DNA of 64,000 nucleotides. Origin: Opitutia bacterium (GTDB taxonomy: Bacteria > Verrucomicrobiota > Verrucomicrobiia > Opitutales > Opitutaceae). The notes under the pieces are model-generated. The model did no database searches and was not told the DNA's origin. It saw only the letters and a list, made by a program, of their open reading frames with translations. The position numbers and the translations under genes were made by a program. Positions 37,804-47,045 of this stretch are shown one piece after another (the stretch's first letter is position 1; each line of letters opens with the position of its first letter). The stretch is taken from contig CANJVR010000008.1 in NCBI GenBank assembly GCA_947478395.1, forward strand, positions 1-64,000, in the 5' to 3' direction.

Positions 37804-40800
37804 TCAGGGTCGCTTTGACCAGCGGCGGTCTTGCTTTAACTCGAGCCGCCTGGTTTCGATTTGGACGCCGGCGATGGCGGGATGCGCGCGGAGTTGCTGG
37901 AACGACGGGCCATTGAGTTTCCAGGTGAGCGCGGTGCTGGCTTCCGCGAACGGCGCGATGCGATCTTCAAACACAAAGGCAAACTCCACGCGCGTGTCGC
38001 CGACCTGGACGTTGAGCGTCTCACGGAGCTGGCGGAGAAAAGCAGGGAGCTCCGGATGCGTCGGCTGCACAAGCCACGTGACTTTGCGGACATTGGCGGT
38101 GATCTGCGCGTCGAGCGGATAGCACTCCTTGATATTGATGCGCGGCCCCTCCGTGCCGACGATGATATTGCCGAGCACGATCACGGGAGCGTTTTCAGTC
38201 AGCACGGTACCATAGGCCGCGTAGCCGTCGGCAAACAGGTTGAGCGCGACTGAGGCTTTCTTAGTCGCGAGCGTAAACGCGGCCCAGGGGCGGTTGTCCT
38301 TTTTGGAAAGTCGTTTGACGATGTTGCTGATGATCCCGCAGAGACGGAACTCGGTGCGGTCGGGCTGGCGCAGCAGATCATCGATGACGAAGGTGTCGAT
38401 GGACTCGGCGAGTCCGGCGTAAACGTTCATCGGGTGGCCCGAGACATAGAAGCCCAGAAGCTCTTTTTCGAAAATGAGGCGTTCAGCAGACGTGAAGTCG
38501 CCGCCGCCATCGGCGGATTTGGGATTTGAAATTTGAGATTTGAGATCGCGAGCTGGAACCTCGGCCGCGGCAAACACGTCGAGGAAGCTGTGCTGACCGG
38601 CGGCTTTATCGCGGGCGTTGGCGGTGGCACCAGCCATCGCGGCGTCGATGCCGTCGAACAGTTTTTTGCGCGAGGCGCCGCTGAAATCGAAGGCCCCGGT
38701 TTTGGCGAGATGCTCGAGGACGCGCTTGTTGATCGCGCGGCCGTCGACGCGCGAGACCATGTCGTCGAAATCCTTGTAGGGACCCTTGGCGTCGCGTTCG
38801 GCGATGATTTTTTGGGCGGCGAGTTCACCGACGCCTTTGACGCCGGCGAGGCCGAAGCGGATCGCCGCTTCGCCGCGGGTCTGACTTCCGGGTTCTGAGT
38901 TCAGAGTTTCGGGGCGCGGAGCTCCGAACGCGGAACCTGGAACCTTTTGTTTCGCCCCGCGGAACACCGGCGTGAACATCTCGCGCGACTCATTTACGTC
39001 TGGGCCGAGGACTTTGAGGCCCATCGCTTCGCACTCGGCGATAAAATGGGCGGATTTTTCGGAGTTACCCAGTTCGGAGCTGAGCATGGCGGCCATGAAC
39101 TGCACCGGGTAGTTCGCCTTCAGGAAACCGGTCTGGTAGCTAAGAATCGCGTAGGCGGCTGAGTGGGATTTGTTGAAACCGTAGCCGGCGAATTTGTTGA
39201 GAATGTCGAAGATCGAGTCGGCGGTTTTCGCGTCGATGTTGTTTACGCTTTTGGCGCCCTCGACGAATTTGGTGCGCTCCTTCGCCATGGCCTCGGCATC
39301 TTTTTTGCCCATGGCGCGGCGGAGCATATCGGCGCCGCCGAGCGTGTAGCCAGCGATGATCTTCGCGGCCTCCATGACCTGCTCCTGATAGACCATGATG
39401 CCGTAAGTCTCGCGGCAGACCTCTTCGAGGAGCTTGTGCGGATAGGTGACGGTGCTCGGATCTTTTTTGCCGCGCACATAGTCGGGAATCCACTCCATCG
39501 GACCGGGCCGGTAGAGCGCGATGAGCGCAACGATCTCGTCGATCGTCGAGAGACTGATCTGGCGGCAGAGGTTTTGCATGCCGCCCGACTCGAGCTGGAA
39601 CACGCCGGTGGTGCGGCCGGAATTGAGCAGGGCAAACGTCTTCGCGTCTTCGAGCGGAATTGCTTCGATGTCGAATTTCGGATCGGCCGTGCGGCGGATG
39701 TTTTCGACGGCATCGGCGATGACGGTGAGCGTTTTTAGCCCGAGGAAATCCATCTTCAACAGGCCGAGCTTGCCCACGGCGTTCATGTCGAACTGCACGG
39801 TGACGTCGTCTTCTTGCAGCGTGAGCGGGACGAATTCCTCGAGCGGCCGGTCGGTGATGATGATGCCGGCGGCGTGTTTGCCGGTGTTGCGGACCATGCC
39901 TTCGAGGACGCGGGCCTGGTCGAAGATTTTTTTGGCGACGGGATTGCGGGCGACCTCGTTGCGCAGTTCCTCGGATTTTTTGACCGCATCCTCGAGCGTG
40001 ATGTTGAGCTCGTCGGGAATCATCTTCGCGAGCCGGTCGGCGTCAGCGTACGGGAGATTGTGCACGCGCGAGATGTCGCGGATGACCATTTTGGCTCCGA
40101 GGGTGCCGTACGTGATGATGTTGGCCACGCAGTCCTTGCCGTATTTTTCGCGGACGTAGTCGATGACCTCGCCGCGGCGCCGCATGCAGAAATCGATGTC
40201 GAAGTCGGGCGGGGAAACGCGTTCGGGATTCAGGAAGCGTTCGAAGAGAAGTTTAAAACGCAGCGGATCGAGATTGGTGATCCCGAGGAGGTAGGCGACA
40301 AGACAGCCGGCGCCGGAGCCGCGGCCGGGCCCGACGGGGATGTTTTGTTTTCGGGCCCAGTCGATGAAGTCCCAGACGACGAGGAAATAGTCGATGAAGC
40401 CGGTCTTGCCGATGACGCTCAGCTCGTAATCGAGGCGGGTGCAGAGGGTGCGGGCGAGGAGGAGTTCAGGGTTTTGGGTTTCGGGTTTCGGGTTCGGAGA
40501 CTCGGAACTCGGAGGCTCGGACTCGGTACTGGTGGAAGATTGATATTCTACGCCGTAGCGGCGCTTGAGGCCCGCGATGCAGAGATCCTTGAGATAGCCC
40601 GAGCGATCCATCTTCGATGAAATCTCGGGCGGGAGCGGATATTTGGGGTAACGTTCGCTGCCCTTGGGAAACGGAATCGTGAGGTCGCACATCTCGGCGA
40701 CGATTTGCGTGTTCGTGATGGACTCCGGGACCTCGGTGAAGAGGCGTTCCATCTCGGCGCGCGACTTCAGGTAAAATTCCTGGCCGGAGAAACGCATGCG

Positions 40801-41523
40801 TTTCTCGTCCTCGATTTTTGCGCCGGTCTGGATGCAGAGCATGGCGTCGTGCGGACCGGAGTCGGCCGAGTTCACGTAATGAACGTCGTTCGTGGCGATG
40901 ACCTTGAGGTTGAACTCCTCCGCGAGCTTAAGCAGGCCGGGGATGATTTTCTTCTGTTCCGGGATCCCGTGATCCTGGATTTCAACGAAATAGTTTTCGC
41001 GGCCGAAGATATCGACGAAGCGGGCGCAGGCTTTGCGGGCATCCTCGTCGCGGTCGTGGAGCAAATGCTGCGGCACGAGCGAGGCGAGGCAGCCGGTGAA
41101 GCCGATCAGGCCGCCGGCGTGTTTTGCGAGCGTGTCGAGATCGGTGCGGGGCTTGTAATAAAAGCCTTTGAGGTGCGCATCCGAAACCAGCTTTAGGAGG
41201 TTCTGGTAGCCGATGAGGTTTTTCGCGAGCAGGCCGAGATGGAAGATGCTTTTGCCGTCGTCGTCGGAGCGGCCGTGTTTTTCGAGGCGGGAGGTTTCGA
41301 CGAGGTAGAGTTCGCAGCCGATGAGGGGCTTGATGCCTTTGGCTTTGGCGGTGTTGTAGAAATCGATCGCGCCGAAAAGATTGCCGTGGTCGGTGAGGGC
41401 GAGGGCCGGCATGCCGAGGGCGACGGCGCGGTCCATGAGACGGTCGATCCGGCAGGCACCGTCGAGCAGGCTGTAATCGGAATGAACGTGAAGATGGACG
41501 AAATTCTGGTCGGCAGACGGCAC
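37804..41523 (-). CDS. dnaE: DNA polymerase III alpha subunit
   Basis: FVHLHVH PHP domain, GPGRGSGAG, PDFDIDF, LLKMDFLGL and YGFNKSH; probable GTG start at 41523. Confidence 0.97.
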   Translation of the reverse strand: MPSADQNFVHLHVHSDYSLLDGACRIDRLMDRAVALGMPALALTDHGNLFGAIDFYNTAKAKGIKPLIGCELYLVETSRLEKHGRSDDDGKSIFHLGLLAKNLIGYQNLLKLVSDAHLKGFYYKPRTDLDTLAKHAGGLIGFTGCLASLVPQHLLHDRDEDARKACARFVDIFGRENYFVEIQDHGIPEQKKIIPGLLKLAEEFNLKVIATNDVHYVNSADSGPHDAMLCIQTGAKIEDEKRMRFSGQEFYLKSRAEMERLFTEVPESITNTQIVAEMCDLTIPFPKGSERYPKYPLPPEISSKMDRSGYLKDLCIAGLKRRYGVEYQSSTSTESEPPSSESPNPKPETQNPELLLARTLCTRLDYELSVIGKTGFIDYFLVVWDFIDWARKQNIPVGPGRGSGAGCLVAYLLGITNLDPLRFKLLFERFLNPERVSPPDFDIDFCMRRRGEVIDYVREKYGKDCVANIITYGTLGAKMVIRDISRVHNLPYADADRLAKMIPDELNITLEDAVKKSEELRNEVARNPVAKKIFDQARVLEGMVRNTGKHAAGIIITDRPLEEFVPLTLQEDDVTVQFDMNAVGKLGLLKMDFLGLKTLTVIADAVENIRRTADPKFDIEAIPLEDAKTFALLNSGRTTGVFQLESGGMQNLCRQISLSTIDEIVALIALYRPGPMEWIPDYVRGKKDPSTVTYPHKLLEEVCRETYGIMVYQEQVMEAAKIIAGYTLGGADMLRRAMGKKDAEAMAKERTKFVEGAKSVNNIDAKTADSIFDILNKFAGYGFNKSHSAAYAILSYQTGFLKANYPVQFMAAMLSSELGNSEKSAHFIAECEAMGLKVLGPDVNESREMFTPVFRGAKQKVPGSAFGAPRPETLNSEPGSQTRGEAAIRFGLAGVKGVGELAAQKIIAERDAKGPYKDFDDMVSRVDGRAINKRVLEHLAKTGAFDFSGASRKKLFDGIDAAMAGATANARDKAAGQHSFLDVFAAAEVPARDLKSQISNPKSADGGGDFTSAERLIFEKELLGFYVSGHPMNVYAGLAESIDTFVIDDLLRQPDRTEFRLCGIISNIVKRLSKKDNRPWAAFTLATKKASVALNLFADGYAAYGTVLTENAPVIVLGNIIVGTEGPRINIKECYPLDAQITANVRKVTWLVQPTHPELPAFLRQLRETLNVQVGDTRVEFAFVFEDRIAPFAEASTALTWKLNGPSFQQLRAHPAIAGVQIETRRLELKQDRRWSKRP

Positions 41524-41598
41524 GGTTAAGTTAAGCAACCCTGCACCGGAGGCCGCGCAAGGCGGAAACCTGATTGGCGGAAGAATTCGAACCGGATT

Positions 41599-41677
41599 GC
41601 CCGCTAAACACCCGAAATATACGGAAAAGAACGCCCCATGGAGGGTGTTTTCCGTGTATTCCGGGTGTTCCGCGGGC
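41599..41677. repeat. Long imperfect inverted repeat with about 9-nt internal periodicity between dnaE and rpsU
   Basis: 30-nt arms at 41599-41628 and 41648-41677 with 26/30 complementary. Confidence 0.8.
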
Positions 41678-41789
41678 GACCAATTCAAGGGTGTGGTTTC
41701 GCGCGGATTTAGCCGGAAAAAAGCCATTGACGCGTGCCGCGCGGGTTGGCTTGTTAGCGGGCTTTCCTTTCACCAACCGTCCGCTGAAC

Positions 41790-41987
41790 ATGTCCATCGA
41801 AATCAAAATCCGCAAAAACGAGCCCATCGACCGTGCGATTCGTCGCATGAAAAAGAAGCTCGAGCGCGAGAACATCATCAAAGGCACGCGCGCGAAACGC
41901 TATTTCGAGAAGCCGTGTGAGAAGCGCCGTCGTAAGGAGAAAGTCATGGCTTTCACCGCGATGCTGCGCCGCCGTCACGCCGACTGA
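41790..41987 (+). CDS. rpsU: 30S ribosomal protein bS21
   Basis: 65 aa basic protein with EPIDRAIRRMKKK and RYFEKP. Confidence 0.95.
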   Translation: MSIEIKIRKNEPIDRAIRRMKKKLERENIIKGTRAKRYFEKPCEKRRRKEKVMAFTAMLRRRHAD

Positions 41988-42013
41988 GTCCATCCGGCCC
42001 AGACTATTTCCCT

Positions 42014-42053
42014 GACCGCCGTCCGAAAAATTTCGGACGGCGGTCTTTTTTTT
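42014..42053 (+). terminator. Intrinsic terminator after rpsU
   Basis: GACCGCCGTCCGAAA...TTTCGGACGGCGGTC followed by T8. Confidence 0.9.
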
Positions 42054-42186
42054 GGAAATCGGAGCCCCGAAGGGACTGCTCAAGTGGCGTGGGCAATTGG
42101 GGAAAAAACGCCGCGCCTAATTGGGTTTCGCCGGCCCGACGTGAACGCGGCGGCCGACGACCATCAGCCGGTCTGAAGGGCGCAGT

Positions 42187-43233
42187 CTATTTTTTCAAAC
42201 GCGCCGCGAGAATTTCCGTGATCCACCGCCGGTGGGGGCCGGACAGCGTGATTTCGTCGAGCGTGGTGAGCGGAATCCAGACGAGTTCTGGCGAAATTTT
42301 CCCGCGAGGCGATACGCCGGCATGGATCGTTTCGGTGATTTGAAAGCGAGTGATAGAGCGTTTTCTCTTGGCGATTAAAACGCCTTGCGTGGCGGTGGCC
42401 TCGGAAACGCCGACCTGTTCGGGCGTGGGCAATTCATGTTGATGAGCGAGGCGCTTGGAATCGGCCGCCGCGCGATGGAGCAACAACGCGCCGTCTCGCT
42501 CGCACCACACGCGCGTCACCCTGCGCTGCTCGATCAGCTTGGGAGCGAGCCGCGGGTACGCCGTGGGATTCCCGTGGCGCGCGCCGGCGCAGAATGTTCG
42601 CACCGGGCACGTGAGGCACAGCGGCTTTTGGCGAAAACACACGGTGGCGCCGAGCTCCATCATCGCCTGGTTGTGATCGCCGGGTGACTGCGATGAGAGC
42701 AACGCCTCAGCGAGAGAGGTAAATGCCTTCGCCGCCGACGCGCTGTCGCGGTATTCGCTGCCGTCGGCGGTGATGCGGGCGAGGATCCTGACCACGTTGC
42801 CGTCCACGCAGGCGGCTGGCGCTGCGAACGCTATGCTGGTGATCGCCGCCGCGGTGTAGGGTCCTACGCCAGGCAGTTCGCGCCACTCCGCGGGCGTGCG
42901 GGGCGGCGTGGGCAAGGCGGCGACCGCGCGCGCGAGCTGGTGCAGATTGCGGGCGCGCGAATAGTAGCCGAGCCCTTCCCAGAGTTTGAGCACCCGAGTT
43001 TCGGAAGCGGCGGCGAGGGCCGCGAAGTCGGGTAACGTGGCGAGCCAGCGGGCGAAATAGGGCAGGACGGTTTTCACCTGCGTTTGCTGCAGCATTAACT
43101 CGCTCACCACGGTTTTATAGAGCGAAGGATTTTCCCGCCACGGCAGAACCCTCGCGTGGCGACGATACCACGTGAGCAGGGCCGACTGAAAATCGAGCTT
43201 GGCGGCGATGAGCTGGACGGAGGAGTTGGCCAC
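42187..43233 (-). CDS. mutY: A/G-specific adenine glycosylase
   Basis: SELMLQQTQV, WEGLGYYSRARNL, LPGVGPYTA, VDGNV and Fe-S motif C-X6-C-X2-C-X5-C; start uncertain. Confidence 0.95.
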   Translation of the reverse strand: MANSSVQLIAAKLDFQSALLTWYRRHARVLPWRENPSLYKTVVSELMLQQTQVKTVLPYFARWLATLPDFAALAAASETRVLKLWEGLGYYSRARNLHQLARAVAALPTPPRTPAEWRELPGVGPYTAAAITSIAFAAPAACVDGNVVRILARITADGSEYRDSASAAKAFTSLAEALLSSQSPGDHNQAMMELGATVCFRQKPLCLTCPVRTFCAGARHGNPTAYPRLAPKLIEQRRVTRVWCERDGALLLHRAAADSKRLAHQHELPTPEQVGVSEATATQGVLIAKRKRSITRFQITETIHAGVSPRGKISPELVWIPLTTLDEITLSGPHRRWITEILAARLKK

Positions 43234-43314
43234 GAAAAGCACGAGAAGACACAAAAAAGCAGAGGCGGAAAGCAGGGTTTTCTTTTTCGTGCGTTTTGGC
43301 GCTTTTTGTGGCCA
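43227..43314. repeat. Imperfect inverted repeat filling the mutY-rnhC divergent intergenic region
   Basis: TGGCCACGAAAAGCACG... and ...CGCTTTTTGTGGCCA arms with repeated CACGAAAA-like units. Confidence 0.7.
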
Positions 43315-43322
43315 GTACCTTT

Positions 43323-44330
43323 ATGGCGAAGAAGACCGCGGATGACGCGGAAAAACCCAAGAAGCTCAGCACCTACACCATCAAGCTTGATGATGTGCAG
43401 ATGGAGAAGCTGCGCGCGATCTGCGTGGCGCGGCAGTTCGAGCCATTCGACGTACCGTATGCGCGCTTCGCGTTTCGCGGGCTCGACGTCAACGTGACCG
43501 CCTACGACAAACGCAAGGTGGTCGTGATCGCGGGCAAGGGGACCGAGAATTTCGTGACGATGACGCTCGAGCCGGAAGTCACGATGGCGGCCACGCTCGG
43601 CTACGACGAAGTGTTGCACCCGGATTGGTTCGAGTCGCACGCCGGACTCGACGAAAGCGGTAAGGGCGATTTTTTTGGCCCAGTGGTCGCGGCCACGGTG
43701 ATTGCCGACAAAGGCATGATCGAGGCGTGGCGCGAGGCGGGCGTGCAGGATTCGAAACGCATCGCGGCTCCCCAAATCATGCGGCTCGATGCGCTCATTC
43801 GCGGGACGAAAGGCGCCGTCGTCGAGGTGTGTTATTGTCGCACGATGGCGCGGTACAACGAGCTGATGGGTCGACCGCGAGCCAACCTCAACCGTCTGCT
43901 GGCATGGCAGCACGCGACCGCGCTGTCCGATGCGCTCGCGAAAAAGCCGGTGCCGTGGGGGCTGCTCGACCAATTCACCGAACAGCCGCTCGTGCAACGC
44001 GAACTCACCAAGAAAGGCGTGGAGAACTTTGAGCTGCGCATGCGGACCAAGGCGGAATCCGATCCGGTGGTCGCGGCGGCTTCGATCGTGGCGCGGGCGG
44101 AATTTGTCCGGGCGATGCACAGTCTCTCCAAGGAATTTGGCGCGACGCTGCAATTCGGGGCGAGCGCGCTCGTGAAAGTGCAGGCGAATGAAATCATCCA
44201 GAAATTTGGGGCGCGGGCGCTGGGCGATTTTGCCAAACTGCATTTTCGCACCGCGTACGAAGTCGTGGCGGCGGCCGGAAAACTCGATGAGCTGCCGCTG
44301 AAGCCACCACCGCCAAAGATGGAGTGGTAG
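43323..44330 (+). CDS. rnhC: Ribonuclease HIII
   Basis: N-terminal extension plus GLDESGKGDFFGP, GVQDSK, DQF and VAAASIVAR. Confidence 0.93.
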   Translation: MAKKTADDAEKPKKLSTYTIKLDDVQMEKLRAICVARQFEPFDVPYARFAFRGLDVNVTAYDKRKVVVIAGKGTENFVTMTLEPEVTMAATLGYDEVLHPDWFESHAGLDESGKGDFFGPVVAATVIADKGMIEAWREAGVQDSKRIAAPQIMRLDALIRGTKGAVVEVCYCRTMARYNELMGRPRANLNRLLAWQHATALSDALAKKPVPWGLLDQFTEQPLVQRELTKKGVENFELRMRTKAESDPVVAAASIVARAEFVRAMHSLSKEFGATLQFGASALVKVQANEIIQKFGARALGDFAKLHFRTAYEVVAAAGKLDELPLKPPPPKMEW

Positions 44331-44654
44331 CGTCACGGGCGCGGAGACGGAACTGATCAAATCCGGAGGGTTGGAGGCTAAGATTCGCGGCATTTTTAGG
44401 CCTCTTCGTCGTCAACGCTCTGCAATCACCGGAGGCGCATCTTTACCTATTTTCGGTTTCGGTCAGCTGGCGGATGTGGCGCGTGAAATCCTCGTCTTCG
44501 CCTGCGAGCAATTCAGGCCGTGCGGAGCGAACGTCGAAACGGCGTACCGTTTCGCGCATGATCCGGCCAAGCGAATGGGGTGTCCGGCCAAAGCCCAGCG
44601 CGGGAGAGCGTGGACCGCGCTTGCGCGGCGGGAGCAGTTTTCTTCACATGCGCC

Positions 44655-45407
44655 ATGAAACGCCGTCAATTGCGCGGCTTTGACCTCAAACAAATCGAAA
44701 ATGTTGCCAGCCTGATCGGCGTCGATGAGGCCGGCCGCGGTGCCTTGGCCGGACCGGTGGTGGCGGGCGCGGTGCTTGTGACGCGGGAGTTTCTGGAAAG
44801 CCGCTGGGCCGATGTGAATGCGCGCCGGATCAATGACTCCAAACAGCTGACTGCGGCGGAGAGGGACTCGTTGTGGCTCGATTTCGAGGCGCTCGCGGCC
44901 GAGGGAAAAATCCACGCGCACTTCGGCTCGGCGGATGTCGCCGAGATCGCGCAGCTCAATATTCTCGGCGCGACAAAACTGGCGATGCGGCGCGCGCTCG
45001 AAGGCATTTATCCGCCGAGCGCATTCGAGCGAAAGGTAGAGCCCGATCTTTTTTCGGCGTTGGAGGAGGTGGCGAATTTTCAGCCGACCGTCTCGGCGAG
45101 GGTTTTGATCGATGGGCTGCCATTGAGAAATTTTCCGTATCCTCATATCGGGCTCGTGCAGGGGGATGCGCGTTCCCTCTGCATCGCGATGGCTTCGATT
45201 ATCGCCAAGGTCACGCGGGACCGGCTGATGAGCGAACTGGACGCGCAATTCGCCGGTTACGGTTTTGCGACCCACAAAGGCTACGGCACGGAAGAGCATC
45301 GCGAGGCGGTGCTCCGCCTCGGGCGTACGCCGCAGCATCGGGAGATGTTTTTGCGCAAGCTCCTGGCGGGGCGCCCCGATCCGGCGCAAATCGATTTTTT
45401 AGCCTAG
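44655..45407 (+). CDS. rnhB: Ribonuclease HII
   Basis: GVDEAGRGALAGPVV, DSK, ASIIAKVTRD and HKGYGT. Confidence 0.95.
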   Translation: MKRRQLRGFDLKQIENVASLIGVDEAGRGALAGPVVAGAVLVTREFLESRWADVNARRINDSKQLTAAERDSLWLDFEALAAEGKIHAHFGSADVAEIAQLNILGATKLAMRRALEGIYPPSAFERKVEPDLFSALEEVANFQPTVSARVLIDGLPLRNFPYPHIGLVQGDARSLCIAMASIIAKVTRDRLMSELDAQFAGYGFATHKGYGTEEHREAVLRLGRTPQHREMFLRKLLAGRPDPAQIDFLA

Positions 45408-45662
45408 CGCGAAGGCGCGAAGACGACTCGCCATCCCCGCCTTGGCGCACCGTTCGCAGGAGGACAAATCCGGTCCGTCGCGGCGCAGAAGATCCGAGCC
45501 CTTTCTATGGCAGGGGCGGCACGCCGCTCGTTTTCCGACAAGCTCAGGGCCTCGAGCGGGCCGGTAAGGCGACAGGGCGTGGGTGGTTCGCCCGCCCGGA
45601 GCGCCGACGGGATCCAGCGCCGTCGTTGACCGCGCTGCGCGCATGGGCCACACCTTGTGCTG

Positions 45663-46865
45663 ATGGCTGGTAAGAAAAACTCCTCGCTCGACCGCATGCT
45701 TGGACGGCTCGATACGCTCGACTCCGTCAATCTCGCGAACCTCGTTCAGCGGCTCGCCCGCGAACGCGGTCTGTTCGAGGAAATTTTCAACACGCTGCAG
45801 GAGGGCGTGCTCGTCATTACCGCCGACGGCGCGATCGAATACGCCAACGACGCGGCGCACCAGTTGATCGGTTTGTCCGAGGACGAGCTCGTCGGCCAGA
45901 CCTTGTGGCGGCTTGTGCCGGGATTGCGGCCGACGCTCGGCTTGGCGATGGACGAGGATTCGGCGGTGCTGCCGATCGTCGCGCGTGAATTTGAACTGAC
46001 CTATCCGGAGCCGCGGACGGTACGGCTCTACATGGTGCCGTTTCGCGGGGCGGGGCGGGGCGCGGAGCGGCGTTTTGCGGTTATCCTGAGTGATGTGACG
46101 CGGGACCGGCAGACCACCGAGCGCCGCGTCGAGGACGAACGCACGTCGTCCATTTTGCTGCTCGCTGCGGGCGTCGCGCACGAATTGGGCAATCCGTTGA
46201 ACTCGCTGACGATTCACCTCCAGTTGATGGAGCGAAAACTCAAAAAGCTCCGCGCCACGGCGAAGGCGGCGAGCGAAACTGATTCGCTGGCCGAGTCGGT
46301 GCGAGTTTGCCGCGACGAGGTGGCGCGGCTGGATGGCATCATCGCCAATTTTCTCGACGCGATCCGTCCGCGTCCGCCGGATCTAGCCGAGACGAATCTG
46401 GCGGATGTGCTCTCGGAGGTGCTGCGCTTCCAGCAGCGTGAGTTTGCCGACCGCGGAATTAAGATCGAGGCGGAGACGCCCGCCGATCTTCCGTCGGTGA
46501 TGGCTGACCGCAACCAGCTCAAACAGGTTTTTTTCAACATCACGAAGAACGCGATGGAGGCGATGCAACCTGGCGGGAAATTGAAAATCAAGTCACGCGC
46601 CGACGACGATTCGGTATTTTTGCTTTTCGGCGACAGCGGCAGCGGCATCCGGCAGGAGGATCTTGTCCGCTTGTTTCAACCTTATCACACGACGAAGCCG
46701 GGTGGCCATGGATTGGGGCTGATGATTGTGCAGCGCATCCTGCGTGAGCACGGCGGTCAAGTGGGCGTGGAGAGTCGCGAAGGCATCGGCACGTTGGTGA
46801 CGCTGCAATTTCCGCGGAAAGATCGTCGCGTGCGGATGCTCGGCGCCCCGACCGGAGCGGCTTAA
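45663..46865 (+). CDS. Cytoplasmic PAS-domain histidine kinase (NtrB-like), no cognate regulator adjacent
   Basis: AHELGNPLN, KNAMEAM, DSGSG, PYHTTKPGGHGLGL. Confidence 0.9.
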   Translation: MAGKKNSSLDRMLGRLDTLDSVNLANLVQRLARERGLFEEIFNTLQEGVLVITADGAIEYANDAAHQLIGLSEDELVGQTLWRLVPGLRPTLGLAMDEDSAVLPIVAREFELTYPEPRTVRLYMVPFRGAGRGAERRFAVILSDVTRDRQTTERRVEDERTSSILLLAAGVAHELGNPLNSLTIHLQLMERKLKKLRATAKAASETDSLAESVRVCRDEVARLDGIIANFLDAIRPRPPDLAETNLADVLSEVLRFQQREFADRGIKIEAETPADLPSVMADRNQLKQVFFNITKNAMEAMQPGGKLKIKSRADDDSVFLLFGDSGSGIRQEDLVRLFQPYHTTKPGGHGLGLMIVQRILREHGGQVGVESREGIGTLVTLQFPRKDRRVRMLGAPTGAA

Positions 46866-47045
46866 CCCGTCGTCAGGCCGAACGATTCAATCACCAGCTA
46901 CACCCATTTCACGAAATGAATTTCGTGCGACGGGATGAGAGGCTGACTCAGAACGGTGGCGCGGGTCAGCTCACCTCTGGCATGATCACGCGCCCGCCTT
47001 TTTCAGGACCCCTTCGAGCGTGGTGTCGTTTCTGCGGCGTCGCGG

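Noticed and set aside
37804..41523. Inteins in DnaE
   Set aside because: The inserts are only about 10-30 aa and lack C/S...HN intein termini
41524..41789. ORF-track N-terminal extensions of dnaE and rpsU
   Set aside because: They run through an intergenic hairpin; the conserved N-termini start at 41523 and 41790
45530..45560. TTCCGACAAGCTCAGGGCCTCGAGC resembling another REP-like unit
   Set aside because: Single degenerate copy in this window; cannot be supported
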